DNA from: the human T2T-CHM13v2.0 reference genome, Homo sapiens
Reading direction: 5' to 3' (one strand)
NCBI RefSeq assembly: GCF_009914755.1
Contig: NC_060935.1
DNA: 64,000 nt
Shown here: one piece after another, positions 13,220-26,230 of the stretch
How the letters are laid out: each line of letters begins with the position of its first letter
Numbering within the stretch: the stretch's first letter is position 1
Translations under genes and position numbers: made by a program
Notes under the pieces: model-generated
Seen by the model: only the letters and a program-made list of their open reading frames with translations
What the model was told of the DNA's origin: nothing
Database searches by the model: none

Positions 13220-14458
13220 GGCACTTTAAAAAAAAAAATACAGTCCCCTTATACAATCAGAATTATTAGCACAATGAATAGTAAATGCTATGCAAATCTA
13301 AAATGACCAGAGGAGTGTCCCATTAGATAAACCACTCTACTATTTTTGCAGGAAGTCTCTTACCCACAGGCTATAATGGCTTATGTCAGCCCTGGGAGTA
13401 GAGACTGTTTACTTTATTATGTATGTACTGCCTAGGGATGGGGAGGCTGAAATTTAGACAGATTTCTCTACTTATCTCTAAGGCACCTCTGAGGCATTAA
13501 AGAACATTTGGGGAAGCTGAAATCCAGGAGCTACACCAGCAGCAGAAGTGGCCACTCCTCCAATCACCTGGCAGTCTTCCCAGGCAGAAGGTAGAAGATG
13601 CCTGGCCTCCTTGCCAGCACTCCTTCCTTGAGCATCCCAGTGGCCAAACCACCACCAGCCGACTCTACCCAAAGTGCCTGGTTGCAGGAGCCAGGCACTC
13701 AGGTGGGAAATACCTTGATTCTTTAAAACCTTTGATGCAAAGTTAGCTGCATTCTGTCACAAGGAAAATGCCATGCCAGGGACATATTTATATGACAATA
13801 AACTTTTAGTGCCTTAGAAAGTTGCTGAATAAAACTAAAATCAGAATAAAATTAATCAGATGCTAACATTTTGGAGAGCAGGTAAGTTTTCCTAGCTCTG
13901 TTAGTGGTTTCCTTCACTCCAGACCTATCTTCTGGCCTTCCGTGACAATGAAGCCCTTGGTAACATCATGCTTATTACCCCCGAATTAGCTGATGTATGA
14001 GGAGCTGTCACCGTTCCTTAGTATTCACATTAAAATCTCAGGGCGGAATGACCAGAGCATGCCGGGTGCTTTATGTGGCAGTCAAGGCAGCGAGGCTGCT
14101 GGAGGCTTTCAAGGGGAACTTTCCACCCGTGGGGCGTGGCGAGGCCTTTGTGTAACTGTGAACAGGGCAGAGGTCCCAGGCTGGGAGCGCGAAGGCCAGA
14201 AAGGTAAACTCAATCGGCATTTTAAAGCGCTTGCTCTAGTGATTGAGCACATAGCCCTCTAGAAGCAGCCCTACTTCGCCCTCCAAAGAGAATTTCGTGT
14301 TTCAAAAAAAAGTAACGATTTCCTCTGGGGAAGAGATCTGCAGTCCTGGGGTCCCTTTCTCCTGGTGCCAATGGTAGAGTTGGGGAGAAAGTTCCCGATA
14401 GAGAGCATAGGAGGAAATGCGCCAGCTGTGCTTGCCTTAGAGACATATGTGAGTTGAG

Positions 14459-14469
14459 CTCTCTCTCTC

Positions 14470-14504
<35 letters not shown>

Positions 14505-14511
14505 TGTGTGT
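14459..14511. repeat. (CT)n(TG)n compound microsatellite upstream of the CpG island
   Basis: Directly visible. Confidence 0.95.
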
Positions 14512-14979
14512 AGGTGGCGAGTGGAGAGGGTTAAGGCTGCTTCTTTGCTGGGGGGAAAAGAAAGGCAAAAGTGTGAGGATACACAGAGCAGGGAACGAGT
14601 GGAGTCCCCTCTCCACCGGGGCAGTGTGAGAACGGAGGGCGTGCAGTCAGGGGGTCCTAGGACTTGGGTGGGTGCTGCAGAAGTGACCAGGAGGGCTGAC
14701 AGGGTGGAGATGCAATCATCAAGCTCCAAATCAATCATCCACCCCTTCAGAGTCCCTGTCCTCCATTAAGACAAAAAAATGTTTAAAACATATTGGGGGC
14801 AGAGGAAGAGTGAAGAGATTGGACCACGTTAGCTGCTTAGTCTAGTTCCCTCCTCCACAAGGCAATCGGATGACCCCAGGATCTCAATGTTTAGGAAAGT
14901 CGTAGGAGCCCTCACTGGGAGGCACATTTTTAGTCCAGAGGCACGACATTTGATGGTTTAATCTTCACACTACAAACTA

Positions 14980-15130
14980 GCCTTGGGACGTTATATAAAC
15001 CATGTTAACCTCGATGTGCCTCAGTTTCCTCTTTGTCCCAGGAGAGTAACGCGTTCTCTGTCTTCACAGGGATGTGGTGCGGGTGAGACTCAATGCACTG
15101 TGCGAAAGCTCTCCCAAGCCAGCAAGCACC
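14980..15130 (+). mobile_element. MIR fragment at the CpG island edge
   Basis: MIR core 'ttaacctcgatgtgcctcagtttcctc..tcacagggatgtggtgcggg'. Confidence 0.7.
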
Positions 15131-15448
15131 ACGCTCTCCCCGCGGCAGGAAAGTACGTTGGTGTCATCCTAGAGCCCCAGAGGGCTGAGGGAAGACTCGA
15201 GCTCTAAAATTAGCCGCTTCCAGGCCCGGCGCCGGGAATGCCCTCCAGTTCGCCGCGCCTCCTCCGCCGCCCCCTCCCGCGCGCCCCCTCTCCCCTGCGC
15301 CACGCTCCTAGATCGCTAGTCATCCCCGCCGCCGAGGCTCCTCTCCCCCTCGCCCTTTTCGCTCGCGGTTTGGGAGGAGGAGACTGCGAGAGACAAGCGC
15401 GAGGGGGAGACGGGAGAGGGGCTTGGCCGTGCGTCGGCGTCGGCTGTG

Positions 15449-15484
15449 ATGGGGAGCCCGGAGCAGCCAGGCGGCGAGCAGTAG
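15449..15484 (+). other. Short AUG uORF (MGSPEQPGGEQ*)
   Basis: gtgATGg context (-3 G, +4 G); TAG at 15482-15484; lies inside the putative exon 1. Confidence 0.5.
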
Positions 15485-15642
15485 CGGCGGCGGCTGCAGC
15501 TCGGAGCAGACAGGAGAGCCGGCGCTCCTCCCCGCAGGCTGCGCTGTGAACTGGCCTGCGGATTGGGATCTCGCGCCTCCCGTCCCTCTCCTCCCGCTGC
15601 TGTTCTCTTCATCTCGGCTCCCCTCCTCCGCTTGCGAACCCC

Positions 15643-15662
15643 CGGCGGCGGCGGCGGCGGCG
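15643..15662 (+). repeat. (CGG)6 trinucleotide repeat in the putative 5' UTR
   Basis: cggcggcggcggcggcggcg is directly visible. Confidence 0.95.
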
Positions 15663-18600
15663 TCCCGAGCGCAGAGCGCTTCTGCTCGCGGCCTCAGTCC
15701 CGGCTAGCGCGCGGTGGGCACTGCGGCGGCAGCAGCCGGGGGACCGGCTCGCCCGGAGCAAGAGCGCCGAGCACCGGGTGAAGAAGACCACGGGGGAGGC
15801 GCCTCGTAGAGCCGTGGATCGCCAGCGGAGGCAAGGGTGCGTGGGGATTTGTAGCGTGATGATTTGGCTGCCTGGTGCACCGACTGGAGCGCGCCTGCCG
15901 GAGCACAGCCTCAGCTGCTGGGTGCAAATGGGCTGCGAGGTGGGCTGGGGAGGCGAGAGCCGACGAAGCGCTTGGGGGAAACTTTTCACCTTGTAAAGTT
16001 CCAACCTCCGCGCAGCCCCGAGCCGCCGTTGCTACCGCTGCAAACAGGAGAAGAGGGTGGCTTGGCCCCGCGGCGGGAGCCGGGAGGTTTACACGGAGAG
16101 TTGGCCAAGTTTGGGGCTGAGGATCTGGGGAGGGGTTGCGAGGGGGGTTGCGGATCAGTGCACCCATCCCCGGCTCCCAGCCGCCCCTGCAGGTGGATGA
16201 GAAGGTTCAGGTGGCGAGCCTGCTTGGCAGCCGGTGCCTCTCGGGCGCAGTGGGGGATGTTCAGATGCCGATGGATGATGCACTTAGGGGACCCCGAGGT
16301 GCAAGTTGGGTCATCGCTAGGCGAGGCGCGGCGCAGAGAGGGAGCCCAGCCTCCACTTTCGCTAGGAAAGGGAAAGGGTTACCAGTCTGCGGGTCCGTTC
16401 CCCACGCCTGACTCGGGCTTGCGGGGCTTGTGGTCAGGGTGAGATGTAGTGAACGGCGGCGGCGGCTCTTCGACTGGGGACGACATCCTTTACGGAGTGG
16501 TTGGGGACAGAGACTGTCCCTGCTATCTTGACAAGGAGAGGGAACCGGAATGCTTTGCGAGAGTGCATGATTTTTGGCGGGCGTGTGGGAAGGCTGCTTG
16601 TCTTTGAAAAGAAAGCAGCGCGGGTCTGACCATCCCAGGAGTGCGGAGGAGCTGTCTCCGGATTGGGGGCGAGAACGCCAGGGGCACCAGCTCCGAGCTC
16701 AGGCCCCACTCCCGGGCGGTTCGGGACGAATCCCCTCTACAGGCCAGTGTGTGTGCAGGGCAAGTGTAGGGGGCTGAGGGGCGCTGGCGGGGAGGCAGTA
16801 GAGGTGGCCTGGACCATCTTGGCGCGGCGCGCGGTGAGCGCGAGGATTCCGCCAGTGGGAGTCGCTGAGCTAAAGTGCATCTGGCCCCCCGGCTTGCATG
16901 ATGGCGAGCCCGGATATTTTTAGCTGTGCTGTGATCTGAATTCCCTCCTCTCCTCTCTCGTTGACTTTTGTCACATGTGCTTTCCGAGATGGTTTAACAT
17001 TGAACATGATTGGGCTTTGCGGAAAGCAACTTTTATTCACTTTCCACCGTTCTCCTCTTGTGGGCGGGGGGTGGCGGGGGCGTGCTTGGGGCAAGGATGC
17101 AGGGGTGGCCGGAGTTTGGCTGCGAGCTAAGAGAGCCGCTTGGGTTGCTCGGGATGAGAGGAACAGGGGCGCTCCCGGGGTGTGGGTGTGCTGGCGGTGA
17201 CATCCTGAGGCTGCAGCTCGCTGGAATAATGGGCTCAAACCAGGCGGTGGAGAGGGGTCCCCGGAATGGACGTCGGGGGCGGGGAGGCTGCGGAGACCCT
17301 GCGAGGTCTCCGTGAAGGACTAGGAGGGGCTCCCGGGAGGGAGTGGCGCCTGCGGCCCGGAGCGTGGGCGGCCGGTGGCTCTGGCACGCGGAATCTGGTG
17401 GACTCCTAGCGCCTCGGCCGGGAGCTCCAGCTCCATCCCGCCGCCGCCGCGCGCCCAATGGGACTCAGCTTCGGGTTTGGGCGAACCTGCAGCAGCCGCG
17501 GCGGGAGGGAGGGACGCTGGGACCGCGGTAATGATTGAAGTCTTTTTCCCCCCTCTCCCCTCCTCCCGCTCCTCTCCGCCCCCAGACTCTGGCGCGTTTG
17601 TTTTCCAAGTTGGATCCCACTTCCATTTACAAGTGTCAGACAAACCCGCGAGAACCTCCCCCAACCCGCCCCGGCCCCAGCCAGACTAGGGAGGGCGCCC
17701 AGGGGGAGGGGGCGAGCTGTCTGGGCAGTGCCTGGGGAGGTGCGACGCGCCCACCCGGGGCTTGAGCGCCTGGGGTTCCTGTGCGTGGGTCCTTAATGTT
17801 TAAAAGATACACATGAACAGCAACAAAACCCAAACCACTCGTGGCCACTTGTTTTCTGCCGCTTTTCTCCCACTTGCCTCGGACATATTAATTTTCTGGC
17901 CCCGACGCTAGTCTTTTCAAAGGCGAGTCCGGGGTAGTGGGAGGAAGGGGCGGGGGAGCAGGCCTATCAGTTCATCACGGTGGATTTGTGCTCCTGGCTT
18001 TGTTGCTAGGATTAGATTCTCTGATTGTGCCCAGGCTAAGTTAAAATAAAAGCAGAGAGACAGAGAAGCGGCCAGAAAGACTGCAGACGACTTTGCCTGG
18101 ATCCAGGCGGCAAACTCAGGTGGTGGAAAGGGGAAGCCCGCCATCTAGGAATTGAGGACCGAGGTGCCCACATCTCAGTATCGATCAAACAGAGCCCAGA
18201 TTTCTTCTCCACCAGCAGACACTGAACTTCTCTTCACATTTACTGAATGCTTGAATGATGTTCTGGTGTGACGTGGAGATTTGAATCTGAGAAGGAAAGG
18301 AAGGGAGGAGGGGATGGAGGAGAGAAGAGAGAAGAGATTTGAGAGACTGAGATTCTTCAGAATCCTAGAAATTGCACAAAGCCAACTGCTTCTGCTTTTT
18401 TTCTTTCTTCTTCTTTTTTTTTTTTTTTCTTTATTCCTAAATTGGAGCAATTGAACAGTGAGAGAATAAGGAACAGCCAAGGAAACCAGGGCTCTAAGAG
18501 ACAAAGACAAAAAAAAAGCATAATAACTTTAGCACTTTGATGTGCTTCTTATTTAATAGGGTTGGAGTGGGGGAAGTTTTTTTTATTTTTTTTTTAACAT

Positions 18601-19563
18601 TTTACAAGGAGAAAAGTTGTCTCTTAGAATTAAACCGAATGTTGATATTCAATCATGAATCTCAGTTGTTGCCTTTTTGGAACTTGAACAATGAGTGATG
18701 CTGGGGCCAGTTTCTGTGCACAGTGCACTGGGATGAGAAAGTTCCCAGAACTGTCCAGTTATAATGTCTTCATATCATCTGAATCACACAGAGAACTCCA
18801 CATGAAAGGCAGCTGGCTCAGAGATCAGAAATCAGTCAGCTGCTGGGCTGGCTCCATCTCTTGTGGCTGCAGGATTTTCACAGCCAGGGTTTGTTGACCA
18901 GCGACTGGCTCTCAAGCCTTTTAGAAATCTTTCTTTCAAATTTTATTTATTCTGGTCTCTGGCGGAGTCATTTTGGGGATTTTTTTAATAGGACCCAGTC
19001 TGTCTGTTAACTAGCAATTACAGTTGTGCTGAGCTACTCAAAAATGAAATGAGTAGCAATAAACAGTGGATACCCACTGACCTGTATGCTATACGGTTAT
19101 TTTGCTAGCCCACAGCCTTTGTAAAGCTATGGCTCTTCAGGCTGCTCACAGAAGAACATTTTGATGTGTCAGGTTATGTTATCATCCCTGCTTTCTTCTT
19201 CATACGATCCTGAATGACCTTAGCTAATCTGGCTGATGAATTATGTCAAATAGAAAGAAGTAGGCAATTACCAGGCAGGAGAGGGTATTTAGTCATTACC
19301 AGCAGGTCTGAGGAGTGCTCCTGGTGGCTGTTGCGTTGTTATGCTATATTAATAGCTCACAAAGCATAAAGGACTATTGTGGCTTTATTTTACCAGTTGT
19401 GGCATTGGGGTATGACATTCCTTCATAGCCCACATCTGTCCAGTTGCCTGGTGGGTTGGCTTTTTCCTCTAGGGCAAGAAGGAGAAAGATAGTAATGAGG
19501 ATATTTGATTTTTTTTTCCATTGTGGGGTCATCCCCAGGTTTTTCTTTTTTTTCCTTCTGCAG

Positions 19564-19597
19564 GAGCCTTGAGTAGGGAATCATCTGATGGGAGCAG
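19564..19597 (+). other. Candidate 34-nt internal exon
   Basis: Strong acceptor ttttctttttttccttctgcag| and donor CAG|GTGGGC. Confidence 0.35.
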
Positions 19598-20944
19598 GTG
19601 GGCCTGTCCATTTGAATTGATTTCCTTTGATTGCTGAAGAAGGACTATTGATGAACCACTTCTTTGCTGATTGTGGCAAACATTAGAATTGGAATGGAAA
19701 TTTAAAAGAAAGGGATCTGACAGACTTAGAGTGAAGGATTTGTGTTCTGCCCAATTCCTTCCTAGAGTTAGCAGAGCCCCTGATTTCTACAGATATGCAT
19801 GGTCTTAAAAATATTAAAGGAAGCACAACTCCTGTGTATGCAGTTTTACTTATTGGTGAAATTTTCTGCAATGCTTTTTTGATCTCTAACTGTTGAATAT
19901 GTCATTTTCATCATCTTTCTACCCAAATTGTGAGGAGTGGGTCTTTGTTTTTTAATATATCCTGACCTCTTGAGGATCACCACAGTGTGACAACTTTCTC
20001 TGGGAAGACTCAGAGAGTAAATATCTTTTCTGTGTTTTGGTCGATTTAATTCTACAGGCTTCTCAAACTTACTGAGTTTTCTGTCAATTGCAGGGTATCT
20101 ACTCCTTTAATAAGCTTTATTCCTTTCCTTGTTTTCTTTTTTTGTTTTTTCGTGTTTTTTTTTTTTTTTTTTTTTTTTTACATTGCCTCCCTTTCTCCAA
20201 ATTTCTAAGAATAATTTTCAGGAAAGGCTGCCTTTCCTTGAAAAAGAAATTCAGCTTAATGACACAGACTGCATTTATTGAGAACATATTTGACACTTGT
20301 CTAGTGGCTTCAAGCCAGTTTCTGGTCTACCAAAATAGGCTATCAGTTACATGTAATAGTGACAAATGACCCATTCTAGCAGTTCTGAATTGGAATGGCA
20401 TTTTCAGGTTAGTCTTAATTTTAGCATATTCCAGGACTTAGATTTTTTTTCTTTTTTTTTTTTTTTTTCTGCTAAGTGGAAGGGATGAAAATTTGAGAAT
20501 GGATTAACTGGCATGATGATAGAAAATAGAAAACAGATTTCAGAACTTAATCAATTAAACTCTTCACATAAACAAAATATTACTTCCTTCACCAGATAGA
20601 TATATATGAATGTGGAGAGCCTAGAGGAGGTGTGAGGAGGGCCACAGCATTGTCCTTCCTTGAACAATGCATTATTGAAGGTGTTGCCTACCGTGGGCGG
20701 AAAAGTCATACAGAGGACCCTGAGAGGAGTCCTTGAGCAGTTGTTAGTATTTCAACGTTCTGCTCTTCCAGGGTTCCAAAACTGTGAATTATAGACTCTT
20801 TAATAAAGGAAAGTTGTTTCTTTAACTTTTGCCTTTGTACATCTGAAATATATCCCTTTTTAAAATTCTGTAAAGTCACATGGAATTTAAAATAATTTAT
20901 TTTTTGTCTTTAAAAAATGTCTTGCTTTCTCCTCTATTTTCCCT

Positions 20945-21350
<406 letters not shown>

Positions 21351-24300
21351 TAGTAAAATATATCCATTGCTTCTGCTTCGTGCTATTTATTGAGAAAATG
21401 AGAGATGCCTGTGTGTGTACACTAGAAGTCACATCTAAAAATGTTTATTAATTGACAAAAGAATGTCTATGAACAGGAGCCTCAAGGAGGAGGGAGAGAT
21501 TAATGTGAGGTGGAGTAAACTTTTAAGAGGAGTGTAAGTTATTAAAGTGAATATAATTCCATTTAATAATTCTTACTACAGCCCTAATGTATGCAAGGCA
21601 CTATGAAATAAATTAATTCCTTCATTTGTCAGGGGGCAGTGCAGAGCTCCTTTTTGGAAGAACGTATTCATGGGGCAGCCCAAATGGGCTGTCGGAATGT
21701 TAGTTAATATTTTGAGAAGACTTCAGAATTTATTCATGTCCTTTCTCCACTATCCCCTTGTGGTCTCCCACCCCCCAATTTCAAAGGTAACTTTTAGGAT
21801 TTTTGAATGTGTCTGGGAGCCTGCATGCAGGTGCACATGGTGTATTCTTAGTCCTCTGTTTTCCTATGTTTGAGACTTAGTTATGAATCTCAAGGTTAAC
21901 TTTGTCACAGAACACCTCAGAGTGTTCTGTCCTTTAGGTATTCATCATTTAGATCTGTTGCTTGGTTTTTTACCTTAAAAAAATTTGTAAAAAATGGCTT
22001 ACAAAGTAACATTAGCTTCCAGAATGTGAGTGAAAAGGCAGACTTTTACCTTGGACGTTCTCTATGACTTGATCCTACTTGTACTTTTCAGAGCAGTTGC
22101 AAATAATATTTCAGTTAATTCTTTCTTTCTTTTCTTTTTTGAGATGTTGGAGATAAGCCCAGCTGTTGAATGAGGCACAGTTATGAAAGGTTAAGTGGAA
22201 GTTTAATTGTAACTTCAGGACTTCAACTAAATTAAATTCCAAACAATCTGAAAAAAATTGTAGCCTTTTCAGTACCATGGAAGGTCAAAAAGTGAGCACT
22301 CTGGAGCAGCTATTGATGTTTTATATTTTGAGATAAGCCCCAAATTATTAATGCTACTAAATATCATTGAACATTATTTGATAATTGTAAACATCTAAGA
22401 GTATGCCAGATGACACAGATTAAATTTAGTGACAAATGTGCTTAATGACAGTATAAATATCAGGGTTTTTTTTTTTGTCAGATAAATTCTATGTAAGTCT
22501 GTGTGTGTTTTCTTTCAAAGCAAAATGAGGCTATATCTTGGTAGCAGGATCAGCTTGGTCTTTTTTGAAACCTAGAGCATTTATCACACATGACATTTTG
22601 TTGATTTTTTAAGTCTATGTGATCAATATTTTGGACCTCTGAAATCTATTTTTGATTGTGGTTTGAAATTCTCTGTTGGTTCTAAGTGGTGGCTTAATGA
22701 TAGCAGTTGCTGTTGTGATTGGGTGAGCAGTGTGTTATGTGATTCATGTGGTACCGTCCCATGCTAGGGTGGATTTTGCAGCTAGGGTTTTCTCAGATTG
22801 GCCTGGCTATGGAGAACTTCACTGCAAAGAAATGTACACATGAAAGTGGGCCAAATGCAGATGACTTTAACATCGCCCATGTTATGGATAGAATGGGGTG
22901 TGAATCTTTCCCACACTTTCCACTTAAAAAAAAAACCTTTGCTAATAACAGTTTCAATCAAATGAATAAGAATTCAGAAGTGTGTGGTAATCTCTCTTGA
23001 GAATTTGGTACCTATCTGATAGGACTGTAAAGGCATTTCAGAATGTCAATTAAATGGAAAAATATGCCTGGAATTGAATATAATTAAGAAATGTTGAAGT
23101 CTGGTGTCTACATATTCAGACACTGTATAAGATGGTTTAATTAGTGAACAAGGATTTGGATTTATTGACAGAAGGTCTCTTTCTCATGGCATGTTTCACT
23201 CATTAAAAGCTCATAATGTCTTGGATCTTTTTAGCTGTTGGAACTTGACCATTTGTCATTTTGTGCTTCTTGACTTCAGTGATGTCGTTTTTTTTTTTTT
23301 TTTTTTTTTTGTTTAACTGTGCAACTGATTAGGATGATGTTGCTTCTCTCATTGATGATTATTTCCATGGAGTGGACGCATGGTGTCTTGTAAACATTAT
23401 GAAGCATCACCAAAGCACTAGGCAAAACTCAGTACCTCTGAAAAACAACAATTGGGAGGTAGAATTATTATTGTGGAATTTTTGGCCTAGCAACTTAGAA
23501 GTAATTAGAGTAACTTCCTCTTTATAACTACTAGCTTTATATTATATTTACCTGATGGCAGAATTTACATTTAAATTCACATTTCTCTACATCTCTCTCA
23601 GTTTTTCAGTTAATGGTTTATTAGTTTAAATCCTTTTTATTCCTGACTGTTGGGCTGAAACAGTTTCTAATCATACAGAAGACTGAAATTCTTTTTTAAT
23701 ATTCTTGTTGTTGGATATATTTCTTTTTGAACTGCATTTGATGATTATAAGTGCCTGAAAGAACTGCAGTTAGTAAAGAGAGAACTTGGGAATGTTGACA
23801 AGTGAGGTAGGGAGAAACATGGTTCAGTTAGTCCTTGAGGATTTTTCATTACCTGTTTATAACTTAGATTTTGGCTGTCTCCTATACTGGTACTAATGTG
23901 AACAGCTACTTTATAAGATTTTTTAATTCCTCATCTTCATAGGTATGTTCTCTAAGTCAGAGCTATTTAAAGTAATCTAGCGTTCCATCTTTCCTGTAGA
24001 CATAGCAGATCATTCACAGTCTGGTTGAACTAAGTACACATTACATCGTTGGTCGTTTTGGTGGCATGTGCTGGGTTCTTCAGGCCCGTGTCATTGTTGG
24101 CAAAGTATACTAAGAGTGCTACTATTATCTTGGACTAATTTTTTCATGGAGCATATTAAATAAATGTGGTGTCTGACCCTTCAAAAGTTAGCTTCCTCAC
24201 CTGAGTGATGTTCAGCTAAATAGGTATAAGTCGTAATGTATGTGTGATCCTAAGTCAGTAAGATGGTGAACTGAAGTGACATCATCTGCTTGGAAGTCCC

Positions 24301-25140
24301 TGGATTAACAATGGGACTTATATTTATATTCAGAAGACAACTGCTACAATGAGGAAATTGGGCAATCTAGGCAATTGAACAATTGAATGGGAAATGTAAG
24401 ACAAAACATATTATATTGCCAGATCAATTCCCTAGATCTTGTTGAATTATACGATAATTAGATAATCTTCTTTTATTTGGAAGTGTACATTTTGTAAGTG
24501 TAATAACTTGCATTAATCACTTTATTCCTAAGTTGTATTCAGCAGTGCACATGTTGTGTTCAGTTTACATTCTGCATATTTTTGTTAAATAGGTAGTATT
24601 AATAACATATTTTACCTCATATCCAAAGAGAAAGAGGGAGATGCAGGTATTTTGAGATTTATCACTTTCATACAGCTCATCAGTGGTTACTATAATAATC
24701 CAAGTGAATAAACCTAGATTGTTCTTTATACAATAGATATGTTTTTAAACATTGAGTGTAAATGACATTTTTCAAAACAAATCACATCTTAAATGCTTTC
24801 AACTAGGGAAAATACACTCTTTATTTAAACAGATGTGGCAAATTATTTTTATAAAGTAAATAACAATTTGTCTCTCTTACATTTATCTGTTTTTTAAGTT
24901 TAGATTTTGTATATTAAATTTCTCAAAGAGATGCAAGAGTGTATACATATTGGAAATACGTTTTTGTTCAAATATATAATAAAATGAAAGAGTTTGACCT
25001 TCTCCCTCAGTACTGCTTTGACGAGAAGTGGCATCAGAGGGGAAAATAAAGGGAGAAGATGGAACTAGAATGAGAAAAAACAGAAATGTCCACCTAGTTT
25101 ATGGAGATGTTGAGGAAATGTTAAAGTTTAAGAATTTCTG

Positions 25141-25743
<603 letters not shown>

Positions 25744-25799
25744 TTCTGGACAGAAGGGCCAGGCCAGTCCAACCCAGAATCATACCTCTGACAATGTCA

Positions 25800-26230
25800 G
25801 TACTTTTGCTGACACTCCCATTTCTAGCCTTTGGAGCATCCAGAGAAGTTCCCCTCATCTCTCAGGGCCTCTTGTCTTCTGCAGCCCCTCTGCCTTTTTC
25901 TCTCTTTGGTACTTCTTGGCCCCTTTATCTCTCCCAACCCTCTCTAGTTCCTGTAGTCACTGGTTGCAGCTCCATGCCGTCCTGAAGGTATTGCTTACAC
26001 CTGACCTCTTATATGGTCTCTTCATATCTCTGCACTCAGGTCCCCCTACACTTTGTGGTATTATTGCAGCACTGTTCACATGCCTTGTAATGAAATTACC
26101 TGCGCGGGTGTCTCTTTCTCCCATAGGCCATCATTCCCTGGGCTCAGTGGGATAACATATTAACCTTTGGTCTCCCACTCTTATTGCTATATCTTGCTGG
26201 TATTTAATATTTAAAATTGAATGACTCTAT
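25800..26230 (+). mobile_element. L2 fragment
   Basis: Pyrimidine-rich L2-like body ending 'ttaatatttaaaattgaatga'. Confidence 0.5.

Larger units (their letters stand above)
15350..15836 (+). other. Putative non-coding first exon (5' UTR) of an unidentified gene; TSS approximate
   Basis: C-rich GC-box region (15250-15350), then typical 5'-UTR sequence with GGC repeats, then donor AGG|GTGCGT (GT at 15837-15838), then G-run-rich intronic sequence. Confidence 0.7.
15100..17800. promoter_or_regulatory. CpG island promoter
   Basis: Abrupt shift to very high GC and dense CpG against an AT-rich, CpG-poor background; many GC boxes; no TATA box seen. Confidence 0.97.

Noticed and set aside
15350-15836. 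Assigning a gene symbol
   Set aside because: No coding exon in the window and I do not recognise the UTR with confidence. A BLAT of 15350-15836 would settle it.
15238-17848. Many overlapping 60-190 aa ORFs on both strands (e.g. 15864-16442, 192 aa)
   Set aside because: Expected from stop-codon scarcity in a CpG island. The translations are low-complexity G/A/R/P with no recognisable domain, and most lie past the exon 1 donor.
17834-17850. CTCF-like ccactcgtggcc
   Set aside because: Core spacing is one base short of the CTCF consensus.
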